Part shown: one piece after another, positions 1 through 9,432 of the stretch
How positions within the stretch are numbered: the stretch's first letter is position 1
Layout: each line of letters starts with the position of its first letter
IMG/VR virus record: IMGVR_UViG_2703718831_000001
Reading direction: 5' to 3' (one strand)
Origin: a virus
Lineage: Duplodnaviria; Heunggongvirae; Uroviricota; Caudoviricetes
Length of the DNA: 23,294 nucleotides
Program-made: the position numbers and the translations under genes
Notes under the pieces: model-generated
Databases searched by the model: none
What the model was told of the DNA's origin: nothing
Seen by the model: only the letters and a program-made list of their open reading frames with translations

Positions 1-1026
1 TTAGCGATGCCAGTTGAGGTTATGAAGTGGATTTTTGGTAACGGCATCTTCCAGATGATCCGGTGCAAAATGGGCATAAATCATGGTCATTTTAATATCA
101 GCGTGTCCTAAAATATCCCTCAATACCAAAATGTTTCCGCCGTTCATCATAAAGTGGCTGGCGAAAGTGTGGCGCAGAACGTGGGTACATTGACCTTCAG
201 GTAGTTCAATTCCAGCTCGTTTTACCGCACGCTCAAAAGCCTTTCGGCATGGTGTGAATAACTTTCCTCTGTTTTTGGGTAATTCTTCATACAGTTCCTG
301 AGAAATAGGAACAGTTCGGTTTTTCTTTCCTTTTGTTTTGGTATAGGTAATTCGATACTTTGATATCTGGTTACCTTGCAGGTTTTCGGCTTCGCTCCAT
401 CTTGCCCCGGTAGCCAGGCAAATCTTGGCAATCATTAGCAGACTGGGACTTTGAGATTCAGCACATGCGTCAAGCAGGCGTTTGATTTCATCAGCAGCAA
501 GGAACGCCAGTTCACCTTCTGCAATTTTGAAAGTTGGCAGACCGGCGAGGGGGTTGGGTGCAGACCAATGTCCCAGCTTTTTCAGTGTGCCAAAAACTGA
601 GGATAGGTTACGCTGTTCAAGGTTCACCGTTCTGGGCTTAACCGGTGACATGAGCACGCCATCTTCGTTTTTGACCTCACCTTTTAATCTGGCTTCCCGG
701 TACTTTGTGAAATCACCTGCTGTCAATTCAGAAGCGATGGGATCGCCAAGTCCATTACAAATGATTTTTAACTTAGCCATTAATCGCTTAGGGTCAGCGA
801 GTGTCTGACCGTACAGGGAATACCATTGCTCAATCACTTCTGACAGTTGTCGCCGATCTTCCTTTTCTCCCAGCCAAGGTTTCTTGTTTACCTCATCCAT
901 GGTGAAATTCTCAAACGCAATGGCTTCGCCTTTCGTCGCAAATTGTTTGCGTACGCGTTTGCCATCTCTTCCGTTTGGGTAGCATTCACATAACCACTTT
1001 CCGTTCGGCTGTTTTCTGATGGTCAT
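1..1026 (-). CDS. int: Tyrosine site-specific integrase, P2/186 family
   Basis: 341-aa ORF. C-terminal catalytic region carries the tyrosine-recombinase residues (RWSE ... HVLRHTFAS ... LGHADIKMTMIYAH). It sits at the prophage edge directly downstream of the repressor gene, with 1 nt between cI stop and int start. Confidence 0.9.
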   Translation of the reverse strand: MTIRKQPNGKWLCECYPNGRDGKRVRKQFATKGEAIAFENFTMDEVNKKPWLGEKEDRRQLSEVIEQWYSLYGQTLADPKRLMAKLKIICNGLGDPIASELTAGDFTKYREARLKGEVKNEDGVLMSPVKPRTVNLEQRNLSSVFGTLKKLGHWSAPNPLAGLPTFKIAEGELAFLAADEIKRLLDACAESQSPSLLMIAKICLATGARWSEAENLQGNQISKYRITYTKTKGKKNRTVPISQELYEELPKNRGKLFTPCRKAFERAVKRAGIELPEGQCTHVLRHTFASHFMMNGGNILVLRDILGHADIKMTMIYAHFAPDHLEDAVTKNPLHNLNWHR

Positions 1027-1027
1027 A

Positions 1028-1660
1028 TCAAAGGCTCTTAATAATTTTCAGTGCGCGACCTATTACCTCAATGTCATCCAGTTCGCACTCAAACGATGAA
1101 TCATCCTGATGCACTACTAATCTGTTTCCCGGGAGTCGTGTCAATTTTACAATGCTTTTTATCCCGTCGATGTCCACTAACCACGTACCATTTACTGGTG
1201 GTGTTTGGTTGCGATCTATTAAATAAGAATCACCAGAAGTACTCACCAGCAGCAGGTTGCTTGAGTCTGAGGGGAGTATGCTGCTATCAATGATTGCTTT
1301 TCCAGCATCGACCAATAAACCACCGTTGAGAGTTGCCTTGTCAATTTCAGGAGATACAAGCTCAGAAAGAGGTTTAACCCTGCTGGAGTTCACAGAATTG
1401 ATATTTTTTTTAGGGTCAATTTTTGAACCTGGCTCGCCTTGTCCGGTGGTTAGCCACAGTAAAGAAACTCCTGTTTCCAAGGCGCACTGAATCACCCACT
1501 CTGCGGGAAAGCTATCTCTTAAGTATCTGTTTGCCATAGTGCTTTTTGATGCGCCTAAGTGATCGCAAAGTTGCTGTCTGGACTTGAAATCATAGGCTGC
1601 CATTAGTCTATGGATAGCCTCTCTTCCCCCTGTATTCTCGCCAGCTTTTACCTGTATCAT
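1028..1660 (-). CDS. cI: Phage immunity repressor, 186 CI-like
   Basis: 210-aa ORF with an N-terminal HTH-like region, transcribed divergently from the apl/cII operon and immediately upstream of int, as in 186-like lysogeny modules. Confidence 0.7.
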   Translation of the reverse strand: MIQVKAGENTGGREAIHRLMAAYDFKSRQQLCDHLGASKSTMANRYLRDSFPAEWVIQCALETGVSLLWLTTGQGEPGSKIDPKKNINSVNSSRVKPLSELVSPEIDKATLNGGLLVDAGKAIIDSSILPSDSSNLLLVSTSGDSYLIDRNQTPPVNGTWLVDIDGIKSIVKLTRLPGNRLVVHQDDSSFECELDDIEVIGRALKIIKSL

Positions 1661-1672
1661 TTCTTAATCCTA

Positions 1673-1701
1673 TTGACGTATCAAATATTGGATCGTAGTA
1701 T
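1673..1701 (+). promoter_or_regulatory. Sigma70-like rightward early promoter (pR-like), TTGACG-N17-TAGTAT
   Basis: Near-consensus -35 TTGACG (1673-1678) and -10 TAGTAT (1696-1701) with 17-bp spacing in the cI-apl intergenic region, oriented toward apl. Confidence 0.4.
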
Positions 1702-1720
1702 CTCGATGTATCAAATATTG
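1678..1720. promoter_or_regulatory. Two direct copies of GTATCAAATATTG, 30 bp apart: candidate repressor operators
   Basis: Exact 13-bp repeat at 1678-1690 and 1708-1720, each with a near-palindromic core (CAAATATTG), overlapping the pR-like promoter elements. Confidence 0.5.
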
Positions 1721-1779
1721 AATCTAATAAAACAAGATAAAACGACATAAACCAAACCTTAATCGAGAGATACTGCACT

Positions 1780-2028
1780 ATGAGCAACGACATTTCAATT
1801 CGTGTACCAAAAGTGATGGCGACACCTGCAGAGTTCGCGGAATGGGAAGGCCGCTCTCGCGGTTCGGTATATCAAATGATTCATAATGGTAAGCTCGCTA
1901 AATTCTTGGAAAAAAAGGAAAAACCGAAAGACAGAGTATGTATACGTTACCTTGAGTACAAAAAGGAACAAGTCAGGAAAAACATGGGCCAATCCAATTT
2001 CAATTTTAATGTCATCGTTGGTGGCTAA
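1780..2028 (+). CDS. apl: Apl/Cox-like excisionase and lytic-switch regulator
   Basis: 82-aa ORF, first gene rightward of the switch region, with an HTH-like segment (ATPAEFAEWEGRSRGSVYQMIHNGKL). Position matches 186 apl. Confidence 0.6.
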   Translation: MSNDISIRVPKVMATPAEFAEWEGRSRGSVYQMIHNGKLAKFLEKKEKPKDRVCIRYLEYKKEQVRKNMGQSNFNFNVIVGG

Positions 2029-2060
2029 GTTCAATTATGAGAACTTTCTAAGGGGGCAGC

Positions 2061-2570
2061 ATGTTTGATTACAAGATTTCCAAACATCCGCATTTTGATG
2101 AAGCCTGTAGAGCTTTTGCACTACGCCACAATATGGCGAAGCTGGCAGAACGTGCAGGAATGAATGTTCAGACACTGCGAAACAAACTCAACCCAGATCA
2201 ACCGCATCAGCTCACAGCGCCAGAAATCTGGTTGCTCACCGATCTGACTGAAGATTCAACGCTGGTAGATGGCTTTCTGGCACAGATTCACTGCCTGCCA
2301 TGCGTACCAATTAATGAGGTGGCAAAAGAGAAACTGCCACATTACGTCATGAGTGCAACCGCAGAGATCGGGCGTGTTGCTGCAGGTGCGGTATCTGGCG
2401 ATGTAAAAACCAGTGCAGGTCGTCGTGATGCTATCAGCAGCATTAACTCTGTAACACGACTGATGGCGCTGGCGGCTGTTTCATTGCAGGCCCGTTTACA
2501 GGCTAATCCTGCGATGGCGAGTGCAGTTGATACCGTGACTGGCCTCGGTGCTTCATTTGGTTTGCTGTGA
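2061..2570 (+). CDS. cII: CII-like regulatory protein (establishment of lysogeny)
   Basis: 169-aa ORF following apl with an HTH-like N-terminus (LAERAGMNVQTLRNKLNPDQ). Size and position match 186 CII. RBS AGGGGG upstream. Confidence 0.65.
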   Translation: MFDYKISKHPHFDEACRAFALRHNMAKLAERAGMNVQTLRNKLNPDQPHQLTAPEIWLLTDLTEDSTLVDGFLAQIHCLPCVPINEVAKEKLPHYVMSATAEIGRVAAGAVSGDVKTSAGRRDAISSINSVTRLMALAAVSLQARLQANPAMASAVDTVTGLGASFGLL

Positions 2571-2577
2571 GGTGCTT

Positions 2578-2778
2578 ATGCTGACGAAAGAACCATCATT
2601 TGCATCGCTGCTGGTTAAACAAAGCCCGGCAATGCATTACGGTCACGGCTGGATCATGGGGGAGGATGGTAAACGCTGGCATCCGTGCCGTTCACAAGAT
2701 GAATTGCTGGCAGAACTATCTACGAAAAAACGGGGGAACAAATGGCTATTGAAGGCACTGCAGCAACTGTTCCATTAA
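2578..2778 (+). CDS. Small early protein of unknown function (position of fil in 186-like phages)
   Basis: 66-aa ORF starting at the ATG at 2578, preceded by GAGGTG. The ORF-track start at 2548 lies inside cII and is less likely. Confidence 0.4.
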   Translation: MLTKEPSFASLLVKQSPAMHYGHGWIMGEDGKRWHPCRSQDELLAELSTKKRGNKWLLKALQQLFH

Positions 2779-3083
2779 GCCCCGGTGAACGCCTGAATGG
2801 ACTTAATCACATTGCGGAGTTAAGGGCGAAAGTTTTTGGCCTGAATATTGAGTCAGAGCTTGAGCGGTTTATTAAAGATATGCGTGATCCATGGGATATC
2901 AATAATGAACAAAATAAAAGGGCACTGGCTGCCATATTCTTTATGGCAAAAATTCCAGCTGAACGTCATAGCATCAGCATTAATGAGCTGACCACTGACG
3001 AAAAGCGGGAGTTGATTAAAGCAATGAATCATTTTCGTGCAGTGGTGAGCTTATTTCCCAGACGGCTAACCATGCCGAATTAA
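2742..3083 (+). CDS. Hypothetical early protein
   Basis: 113-aa ORF with a GGGGGA RBS upstream, overlapping the previous ORF by 37 nt. No recognisable motif. Confidence 0.45.
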   Translation: MAIEGTAATVPLSPGERLNGLNHIAELRAKVFGLNIESELERFIKDMRDPWDINNEQNKRALAAIFFMAKIPAERHSISINELTTDEKRELIKAMNHFRAVVSLFPRRLTMPN

Positions 3084-3150
3084 CCAACTAATGAAATTAA
3101 TGGCGTAAACCCGCCGGGCATCCCTTTATCTAAATTCAGGAGAATTGATT

Positions 3151-3384
3151 ATGCGTAATATTGAAACCCTCACGACTAAAACCGGACCGGATGATGCAGG
3201 GCTTAATATTTTACTGACAGAGGCTCGTCTGGAAGAACGCCGGGCAAGGGCTGAAGCAATGGCAGCTCGCCTTGATAGCCTGGCGTGTCATATCACATCC
3301 CGCCAGCTAAACCACGTCGAAGCAGCAGAACTGCTGCGTGTGACCGCTGAAGCAATCCAGAACGAAGCGCAGGAGATCCACTGA
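3151..3384 (+). CDS. Hypothetical early protein
   Basis: About 77 aa from the ATG at 3151, with CAGGAG RBS 8 nt upstream. The ORF-track start at 3145 is a TTG two codons earlier. Confidence 0.5.
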   Translation: MRNIETLTTKTGPDDAGLNILLTEARLEERRARAEAMAARLDSLACHITSRQLNHVEAAELLRVTAEAIQNEAQEIH

Positions 3385-3611
3385 TGGCTGATGCAATGGA
3401 TCTCGTACAGCAGCGAGTTGAAGAAGAACGCCAGCGTCATATCCGTGCTGCCCGTGCCAAAACGCCGGGCGTGTCCCGCGTGCTTTGCGTTGAGTGTGAA
3501 GCGCCAATTCCGCCAGCACGCCGTCGTGCCATTCCGGGTGTGCAGCTTTGCATTACCTGTCAGGAAATCGCAGAGCTGAAAGGCAAACATTACAACGGAG
3601 GTGCTGTATGA
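3384..3611 (+). CDS. TraR/DksA-family C4 zinc-finger protein
   Basis: 75-aa ORF with CxxC-N17-CxxC (CVECEAPIP...CITCQ) typical of phage TraR-like proteins. Start overlaps the upstream stop (TGATG); AGGAG RBS. Confidence 0.8.
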   Translation: MADAMDLVQQRVEEERQRHIRAARAKTPGVSRVLCVECEAPIPPARRRAIPGVQLCITCQEIAELKGKHYNGGAV

Positions 3612-4462
3612 GCACCATCCTGAAATGGGCGGGAAATAAAACCGCCATAATGTCCGAACTGAAAAAGCATCTTCCTGCTGGCCCGCGACTGGTTGAACCT
3701 TTCGCGGGTTCCTGTGCAGTGATGATGGAGACGGATTACCCCAGCTATCTTGTTGCGGATATTAATCCTGATTTAATCAACCTCTATAAAAAGGTTGCTG
3801 CTGATTGTGAGGCGTTTATATCTCGTGCCAGAGCTTTATTTGAGGAAGCAAACAGGGAGGTGGCTTATTACAACATAAGGCAGGAGTTTAATTACTCCAC
3901 TGAAATTACTGATTTCATGAAAGCGGTATATTTCCTGTATCTCAATCGTCACGGTTACCGTGGTTTATGTCGCTATAACAAGAGCGGGCATTTCAACATT
4001 CCCTACGGTAATTATAAAAATCCGTATTTCCCTGAAAAAGAAATTCGCGCATTTGCAGAGAAAGCCCAGCGGGCAACGTTTATCTGCGCCAGCTTTGATG
4101 AAACGCTGGCGATGTTGAAGGTGGGGGATGTGGTGTATTGCGATCCGCCTTATGACGGTACGTTTTCCGGCTATCACACTGATGGTTTCACTGAAGATGA
4201 TCAGTATCACCTGGCATCCATTCTTGAACATCGGTCATCAGAAGGACATCCGGTCATTGTTTCTAACAGTAACACGTCTTTGACCCGGTCCCTTTATCGT
4301 AATTTCACTCACCACTACATCAGGGCGAAACGCAGCATCGGCGTTGCAGCGGGGGAGGGAAAATTTGCAACTGAGATGATTGCCACTAAATCTGCTAATT
4401 GGTTTAGTGCCGATTTTAGTAGGGGACGTGACTCTACTGTTATTTTCGGGGTGCAAGTGTGA
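3608..4462 (+). CDS. dam: DNA N6-adenine methyltransferase, Dam-like (D12 class)
   Basis: The N-terminus from the ATG at 3608 reads [11 protein letters not shown]...EPFAGSCAV (SAM-binding motif) and the catalytic DPPY motif follows. GGAGG RBS. The ORF-track extension to 3548 is an upstream in-frame read-through. Confidence 0.9.
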   Translation: MSTILKWAGNKTAIMSELKKHLPAGPRLVEPFAGSCAVMMETDYPSYLVADINPDLINLYKKVAADCEAFISRARALFEEANREVAYYNIRQEFNYSTEITDFMKAVYFLYLNRHGYRGLCRYNKSGHFNIPYGNYKNPYFPEKEIRAFAEKAQRATFICASFDETLAMLKVGDVVYCDPPYDGTFSGYHTDGFTEDDQYHLASILEHRSSEGHPVIVSNSNTSLTRSLYRNFTHHYIRAKRSIGVAAGEGKFATEMIATKSANWFSADFSRGRDSTVIFGVQV

Positions 4463-5289
4463 AAGAAATGCACCACGGAATTCATCATTTCCATGGGACG
4501 CCTGTCTGGGGAAGTGCTGGCGACGTTCATCGTATTGCGGTGAGCGGAGCTGGCGCTTTCGTCTCCTATGTACGACCAGATCAGATTGCGGCGTCCATTC
4601 AGCACGCTCAGGTCGTCGGCATTGATAACGGCGCATTTTCTGCATGGGTGCGTGGGCTAAAAATTAACTGGAGTGATTTTTATAAATGGCTCCTGAACTA
4701 TTACCACCATCCTAAGGTCGCTTTTTTTGTCATTCCTGATGTTGTGGACGGAGGTGAACGTGACAATGATGCCCTGATAAACGAAGTTCCGAAAATGTTC
4801 TACGGGAAGGCAACTCCCGTCTGGCATCTGCACGAGTCAATCGATCGGCTTATCGAGCTATGTCGTGAATGGCCTCGTGTCTGCTTTGGATCGTCTGGTG
4901 AATATGCGGCTATCAGAACTGCGCACTGGCATCGTCGTATGCAGGACGCTTTTGAAGCAATTTATTGCCGACACAATTTCAAAACAGCTGTTCATGGTTT
5001 GCGCATGCTTGACGGTCGTGTGTTGGGAAATTACCCACTGGCGACTGCCGACAGTACAAATCTTGCCTGCAATGTCCCCAAATTTAATAGCAAATATCCT
5101 GAGCTGACGCGGGCTATTCAGGAGGCTGAGTATTCGCGCAATCTGACGGAAAAGGAGCTGAAAGCTGTCATTCTGAAAAACCGTTGCGCAATTTTAAAAG
5201 GTGCAATTGAAGCTGTTCGCCCACCTTCAGTTTCTGATTGGCTGTCGAATGGTTTGCAGCCTTCACAGCTCGAACTGGAGATTGCGTAA
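4459..5289 (+). CDS. Unassigned 276-aa protein; possibly a TGT-fold (DpdA-like) DNA transglycosylase
   Basis: ORF coupled to dam (GTGA overlap) and to gene A (TAATG overlap). Motifs in TGT-like order: VGIDNGAFS (cf. TDSGGFQ), [25 protein letters not shown] (cf. GIDMFDCV). No C-terminal zinc motif. The family call rests on motif resemblance only. Confidence 0.35.
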   Translation: MKEMHHGIHHFHGTPVWGSAGDVHRIAVSGAGAFVSYVRPDQIAASIQHAQVVGIDNGAFSAWVRGLKINWSDFYKWLLNYYHHPKVAFFVIPDVVDGGERDNDALINEVPKMFYGKATPVWHLHESIDRLIELCREWPRVCFGSSGEYAAIRTAHWHRRMQDAFEAIYCRHNFKTAVHGLRMLDGRVLGNYPLATADSTNLACNVPKFNSKYPELTRAIQEAEYSRNLTEKELKAVILKNRCAILKGAIEAVRPPSVSDWLSNGLQPSQLELEIA

Positions 5290-7661
5290 TGAACTACAGC
5301 TATTCCTGGAATGCTGAGAAAAAAGCAATCAATCCTTACGTAGAGACAGAAGAGCAATCTTCAGTTTCTGCGCTTTCAAACCTGATCGCTCTGTACGCTG
5401 CCGATAACGAGCAGGAACAGCTGCGCCGCGAGGCACTGAGTGATCAGGTCTGGGAGCGTTATTTCTTTAATGAATCCCGTGATCCTGTCCAGCGCGAAAT
5501 GGAGCAGGATAAGCTCATTAGTCGGGCAAAGCTGGCGCATGAGCAGCAGCGTTTTAATCCAGATATGGTCATTCTGGCGGACGTCAATGCCCAGCCTTCC
5601 CATATCAGCAAGCCACTGATGCAACGTATTGAATACTTCAGCAGCCTGGGCAGGCCAAAGGCTTATTCCCGCTATTTGCGTGAGACGATTAAGCCATGTC
5701 TGGAACGGCTGGAGCATGTACGCGACTGTCAGCTATCCACTTCTTTTCGCTTTATGGCAAGCCATGAAGGGCTGGACGGCCTGCTGATCCTGCCTGAAAT
5801 GAGTCAGGATCAGGTGAAACGCCTGTCCACCCTGGTAGCTGCGCATATGAGCATGTGCCTTGATGCAGCTTGTGGCGATTTGTATGTCACCGATGACGTT
5901 AAGCCAGAAGAAATCCGCAAGACATGGGAAAAGGTGGCAGCGGAAACCCTGCGTCTGGATGTCATCCCGCCTGCGTTTGAGCAACTCCGCCGGAAAAGAA
6001 ACCGCCGTAAACCCGTGCCCTATGAACTCATTCCGGGTTCGCTGGCGCGTATGTTGTGCGCTGACTGGTGGTACCGGAAATTATGGAAGATGCGTTGCGA
6101 ATGGCGGGAAGAGCAGTTGCGTGCTGTCTGCCTGGTCAGCAAAAAAGCATCTCCCTATGTCAGCTATGAAGCCGTGATGCATAAACGTGAGCAGCGCCGT
6201 AAGTCGCTGGAGTTTTTTCGTTCTCATGAACTGGTGAACGAAGACGGCGACACGCTGGACATGGAGGATGTGGTAAACGCCAGCAGCAGCAACCCTGCGC
6301 ATCGCCGCAATGAGATGATGGCCTGTGTTAAAGGCCTGGAGCTTATCGCGGAAATGCGCGGTGACTGCGCCGTTTTCTACACCATCACCTGTCCGTCACG
6401 TTTCCATTCCACGCTAAATAATGGCAGGCCCAACCCAACTTGGACAAATGCGACGGTAAGACAAAGCAGTGATTATCTGGTCGGCATGTTTGCTGCATTT
6501 CGTAAGGCGATGCACAAAGCCGGATTGCGGTGGTATGGCGTGCGGGTGGCTGAGCCGCATCATGACGGTACAGTTCACTGGCACCTGTTGTGTTTTATGC
6601 GCAAAAAAGACCGCCGCGCCATCACTGCATTACTGCGTAAGTTTGCCATCCGTGAAGACCGTGAGGAACTGGGCAATAACACTGGGCCGCGCTTTAAGTC
6701 TGAGTTGATTAACCCGCGCAAAGGTACGCCAACAAGCTACATCGCGAAATACATCAGTAAGAACATTGACGGGCGTGGTCTGGCTGGCGAGATCAGCAAG
6801 GAAACGGGGAAATCCCTGCGTGATAATGCTGAATACGTTAATGCCTGGGCGTCTCTGCATCGTGTTCAGCAATTCCGCTTCTTTGGCATTCCGGGGCGTC
6901 AGGCTTACCGTGAACTGCGATTGCTGGCTGGTCAGGCGGCAAGGCAACAGGGGGACAAAAAAGCAGGTGCGCCGGTACTGGATAACCCGCGCCTTGATGC
7001 CATCCTGGCTGCTGCTGATGCTGGTTGTTTTGCCACCTACATCATGAAGCAGGGCGGCGTACTGGTTCCCCGCAAATATCACCTCATCAGAACCGCTTAT
7101 GAAATCAACGAAGAGCCGACCGCCTATGGCGATCACGGCATTCGTATTTATGGCATCTGGTCACCTATTGCAGAGGGCAAGATCTGCACTCATGCCGTGA
7201 AGTGGAAAATGGTTCGTAAGGCCGTTGATGTTCAGGAGGCGGCAGCCGACCAGGGCGCTTGCGCCCCTTGGACTCGTGGCAATAACTGTCCCCTTGCTGA
7301 AAATTTGTACCAACAAGGGAAAGACAAATCAGCTGATGGAGATACCAGAACGGATATCACCCGCATGGATGACAAGGAGTTGCACGATTACCTGCACAGT
7401 ATGAGCAAAAAAGAGCGCCGGGAACTGGCAGCAAGGTTACGCCTGGTGAAACCGAAACGGCGTAAAGACTACAAACAGCGAATTACAGACCATCAGCGAC
7501 TGCAGCTCGTGTATGAACTGAAGTCCAGGGGATTTGATGGCAGCGAGAAAGAGGTCGATTTACTCCTTCGCGGCGGCAGTATTCCGTCAGGAGCAGGCCT
7601 GCGTATCTTCTATCGGAACCAGCGTTTGCAGGAAGATGATAAGTGGCGAAACCTGTATTAA
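5289..7661 (+). CDS. A: Replication initiation protein A (rolling-circle nicking endonuclease), P2 gpA family
   Basis: 790-aa ORF from the ATG at 5289 (overlapping the upstream stop). Contains an HUH-type metal motif ([13 protein letters not shown]) and a catalytic-tyrosine motif (SYIAKYISK). Size and position match P2/186 gene A. Confidence 0.9.
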   Translation: MNYSYSWNAEKKAINPYVETEEQSSVSALSNLIALYAADNEQEQLRREALSDQVWERYFFNESRDPVQREMEQDKLISRAKLAHEQQRFNPDMVILADVNAQPSHISKPLMQRIEYFSSLGRPKAYSRYLRETIKPCLERLEHVRDCQLSTSFRFMASHEGLDGLLILPEMSQDQVKRLSTLVAAHMSMCLDAACGDLYVTDDVKPEEIRKTWEKVAAETLRLDVIPPAFEQLRRKRNRRKPVPYELIPGSLARMLCADWWYRKLWKMRCEWREEQLRAVCLVSKKASPYVSYEAVMHKREQRRKSLEFFRSHELVNEDGDTLDMEDVVNASSSNPAHRRNEMMACVKGLELIAEMRGDCAVFYTITCPSRFHSTLNNGRPNPTWTNATVRQSSDYLVGMFAAFRKAMHKAGLRWYGVRVAEPHHDGTVHWHLLCFMRKKDRRAITALLRKFAIREDREELGNNTGPRFKSELINPRKGTPTSYIAKYISKNIDGRGLAGEISKETGKSLRDNAEYVNAWASLHRVQQFRFFGIPGRQAYRELRLLAGQAARQQGDKKAGAPVLDNPRLDAILAAADAGCFATYIMKQGGVLVPRKYHLIRTAYEINEEPTAYGDHGIRIYGIWSPIAEGKICTHAVKWKMVRKAVDVQEAAADQGACAPWTRGNNCPLAENLYQQGKDKSADGDTRTDITRMDDKELHDYLHSMSKKERRELAARLRLVKPKRRKDYKQRITDHQRLQLVYELKSRGFDGSEKEVDLLLRGGSIPSGAGLRIFYRNQRLQEDDKWRNLY

Positions 7662-7753
7662 TTACGCGGGTTAACAATTCGTGCTCTTAATAATACCAGG
7701 CATATCAGGCTGATGAGCGTAAAAAAACGTTTTACATCAGTAAGATTATTATA

Positions 7754-7773
7754 TACTGTAAATATAAACAGTG
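7754..7773. promoter_or_regulatory. LexA operator (SOS box) TACTGT-N8-ACAGTG overlapping a sigma70-like promoter
   Basis: Perfect CTGT-N8-ACAG core (7756-7771) with an AT-rich spacer (AAATATAA). A TTTACA -35-like hexamer lies at 7731-7736, and the module's first ATG is about 40 bp downstream. Confidence 0.65.
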
Positions 7774-7813
7774 GTTATGTATACAGTATTGCTTTGGTGT
7801 CATAGGAGGAAAG

Positions 7814-8002
7814 ATGCAGGACTATTTTTTGGAGTCTTTGAAGCTCCAGCGCATTGATTTTTTTCTTAAGCTTGTAGCGGCTAGTGAGTGTAGTGATGAA
7901 GAGAAGGGGCTGGCTCTGCAGTGGGTTTCTGAACTGACAGATGAACTCATGGCAAAAATCAGAACCCACGAATACAACCGCTCAATGGATGTCATCAGCT
8001 GA
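7814..8002 (+). CDS. Small SOS-module protein; possible N-terminal part of a Tum-like antirepressor
   Basis: 62-aa ORF with AGGAGGA RBS, directly downstream of the LexA box. It is in a different frame from, and overlaps the open upstream extension of, the DinI-like ORF. Confidence 0.4.
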   Translation: MQDYFLESLKLQRIDFFLKLVAASECSDEEKGLALQWVSELTDELMAKIRTHEYNRSMDVIS

Positions 8003-8012
8003 GGTGACTTTT

Positions 8013-8246
8013 ATGCGCATTGAAATAATGATCGATAAAGAGCAGAAGATTAGCCAGTCTACACTGGACGCCCTTGAATCCGAGCTTTACCGCAATCTGC
8101 GCCCCCTGTATCCCAAAACGGTAATTCGTATCCGCAAAGGTAGCTCTAACGGTGTGGAACTTACCGGATTGCAACTGGACGAAGAAAGAAAACAAGTGAT
8201 GAAAATTATGCAGAAGGTGTGGGAAGACGACAGCTGGTTGCATTAA
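8013..8246 (+). CDS. DinI-family protein (C-terminal domain type of 186 Tum)
   Basis: 77-aa ORF starting MRIEIMIDKEQ and ending KIMQKVWEDDSWLH, matching the DinI pattern (MRIEV...ETWE..DW). GAGGTG RBS. Confidence 0.7.
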   Translation: MRIEIMIDKEQKISQSTLDALESELYRNLRPLYPKTVIRIRKGSSNGVELTGLQLDEERKQVMKIMQKVWEDDSWLH

Positions 8247-8457
8247 GAAACGTTGCTGGCGTCTGAACCTGCTTCTGGCGTCAGCAAGGTTGAACCGCGA
8301 GCCTTGAGAGGCGTTAACCATAAGTAAAAAGACAGTAATCACTTGATTATCTATCAGGGCGAGACCTATGCTGCACTTTTAGTTATAACTCATAATGTAT
8401 TGAAATTATTAGAATATATGTCATTCTTAAAATGTGTATGCTTATCAAGGAGCAAGA

Positions 8458-9330
8458 ATGAAACGTGGCATTGTAGCTAATCCTAATGAAATGAGTTTTC
8501 ATAGAAATAATAGTACGGTCTATCTTGGGGCAGGTTTAACTGAGCAGGATATTAATTATTTCTGCTTTTACTGGGATGATGTGGTTATTCTAGATAGTGA
8601 AAATATTCACTCGATTGTGCCTAAAGAAAAAGAATTATTAGATAATGGGGTATTACGTAGACCTATTATGAAACATGATGGTATGCTGAATATCCAAGAC
8701 TTTCCATTTTTATATACGGAATTTCAGTTGCAGACATTGGATGAATTCAGGAAGAACGAGCCTGCTACTTATTGGCACTTTCATCAAACAGGGGAGAATT
8801 TAATATATGATAAAGAACAGAAAACGGCCCTTCAGTTGAGATTGGAGTTGTTTAATGTTCTGAGAATTCCTGATAAAGATGCTCATATAGAAGATATATT
8901 ACGTTTTAAAGATGATTGTCAGGATGATCTTAATGCGTTACATGAGTACTTAGAAAAACTGTATACTGAAGTCCTTTATTCTAGAGACCCTAATCTAACG
9001 AGGGCTAAAAATTTTTCTTTATTACAAGAGGCTGTAGTTAATCTTGATAAAGCTATCGAAGGGAAATGGAGAAATCCTATCAGAATGGGAGTCAAAGTTA
9101 ATCCAGAAGTAGATGGTGGGCAGGTTATGGAATTTTTAAAACCGTTGTACCATGCTGCTATTGCTGGTGATTCAGGCGGTATTATTCCCGGTATGGTTAC
9201 AGCCTTGGCAACCGCAATTCCAAGTTTTATAAAATTCCAACCAGAATGGGTGGGCTTTAGAGATAAGGGGCCTAAAGAATTAGCTTATCTTACCAAAGCA
9301 ACGCATAAGGGGTTGATTAAGAGAGCTTAA
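8458..9330 (+). CDS. Hypothetical 291-aa cargo protein in the gene A-cos accessory locus; contains a GDSGG motif
   Basis: ORF from the ATG at 8458 with AGGAG RBS, in a markedly AT-rich segment unlike the phage backbone. No recognisable family. C-terminal AIAGDSGGIIPG resembles a serine-hydrolase nucleophile motif. Confidence 0.6.
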   Translation: MKRGIVANPNEMSFHRNNSTVYLGAGLTEQDINYFCFYWDDVVILDSENIHSIVPKEKELLDNGVLRRPIMKHDGMLNIQDFPFLYTEFQLQTLDEFRKNEPATYWHFHQTGENLIYDKEQKTALQLRLELFNVLRIPDKDAHIEDILRFKDDCQDDLNALHEYLEKLYTEVLYSRDPNLTRAKNFSLLQEAVVNLDKAIEGKWRNPIRMGVKVNPEVDGGQVMEFLKPLYHAAIAGDSGGIIPGMVTALATAIPSFIKFQPEWVGFRDKGPKELAYLTKATHKGLIKRA

Positions 9331-9432
9331 GGCATTTTAATCGATTTTCGCAACTATATTCCTTCGTAACCACACAAGTGCATGACTATGCCGCATGAAT
9401 CCGCATGATCGTTTGAGGATCGTTTTAGCTGA

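Noticed and set aside
482-808. 108-aa ORF on the + strand inside the integrase gene
   Set aside because: Entirely antisense to a well-supported integrase CDS, with no RBS and a low-complexity translation. Typical frame artefact.
3548-3607. Upstream in-frame extension of dam (ORF-track start at 3548)
   Set aside because: It would overlap most of the TraR-like gene. The ATG at 3608 has a GGAGG RBS and begins the conserved methylase N-terminus.
5238-5288. Upstream in-frame extension of gene A (ORF-track start at 5238)
   Set aside because: The extension lies inside the preceding gene. The ATG at 5289 overlaps the upstream stop (TAATG), the usual coupled arrangement.
6630-7136. 168-aa minus-strand ORF inside replication gene A
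   Set aside because: Antisense to a CDS with clear HUH and Tyr motifs. No supporting features.
7941-8012. Upstream extension of the DinI-like ORF to 7941
   Set aside because: As an independent start it lacks an RBS and overlaps the upstream ORF. It is kept only as evidence for a possible frameshifted tum fusion.
8247-8340. Possible hairpin or terminator after the DinI-like gene
   Set aside because: Only short imperfect complementarity (TTGCTG...CAGCAA with mismatched interior) and no T-tract.
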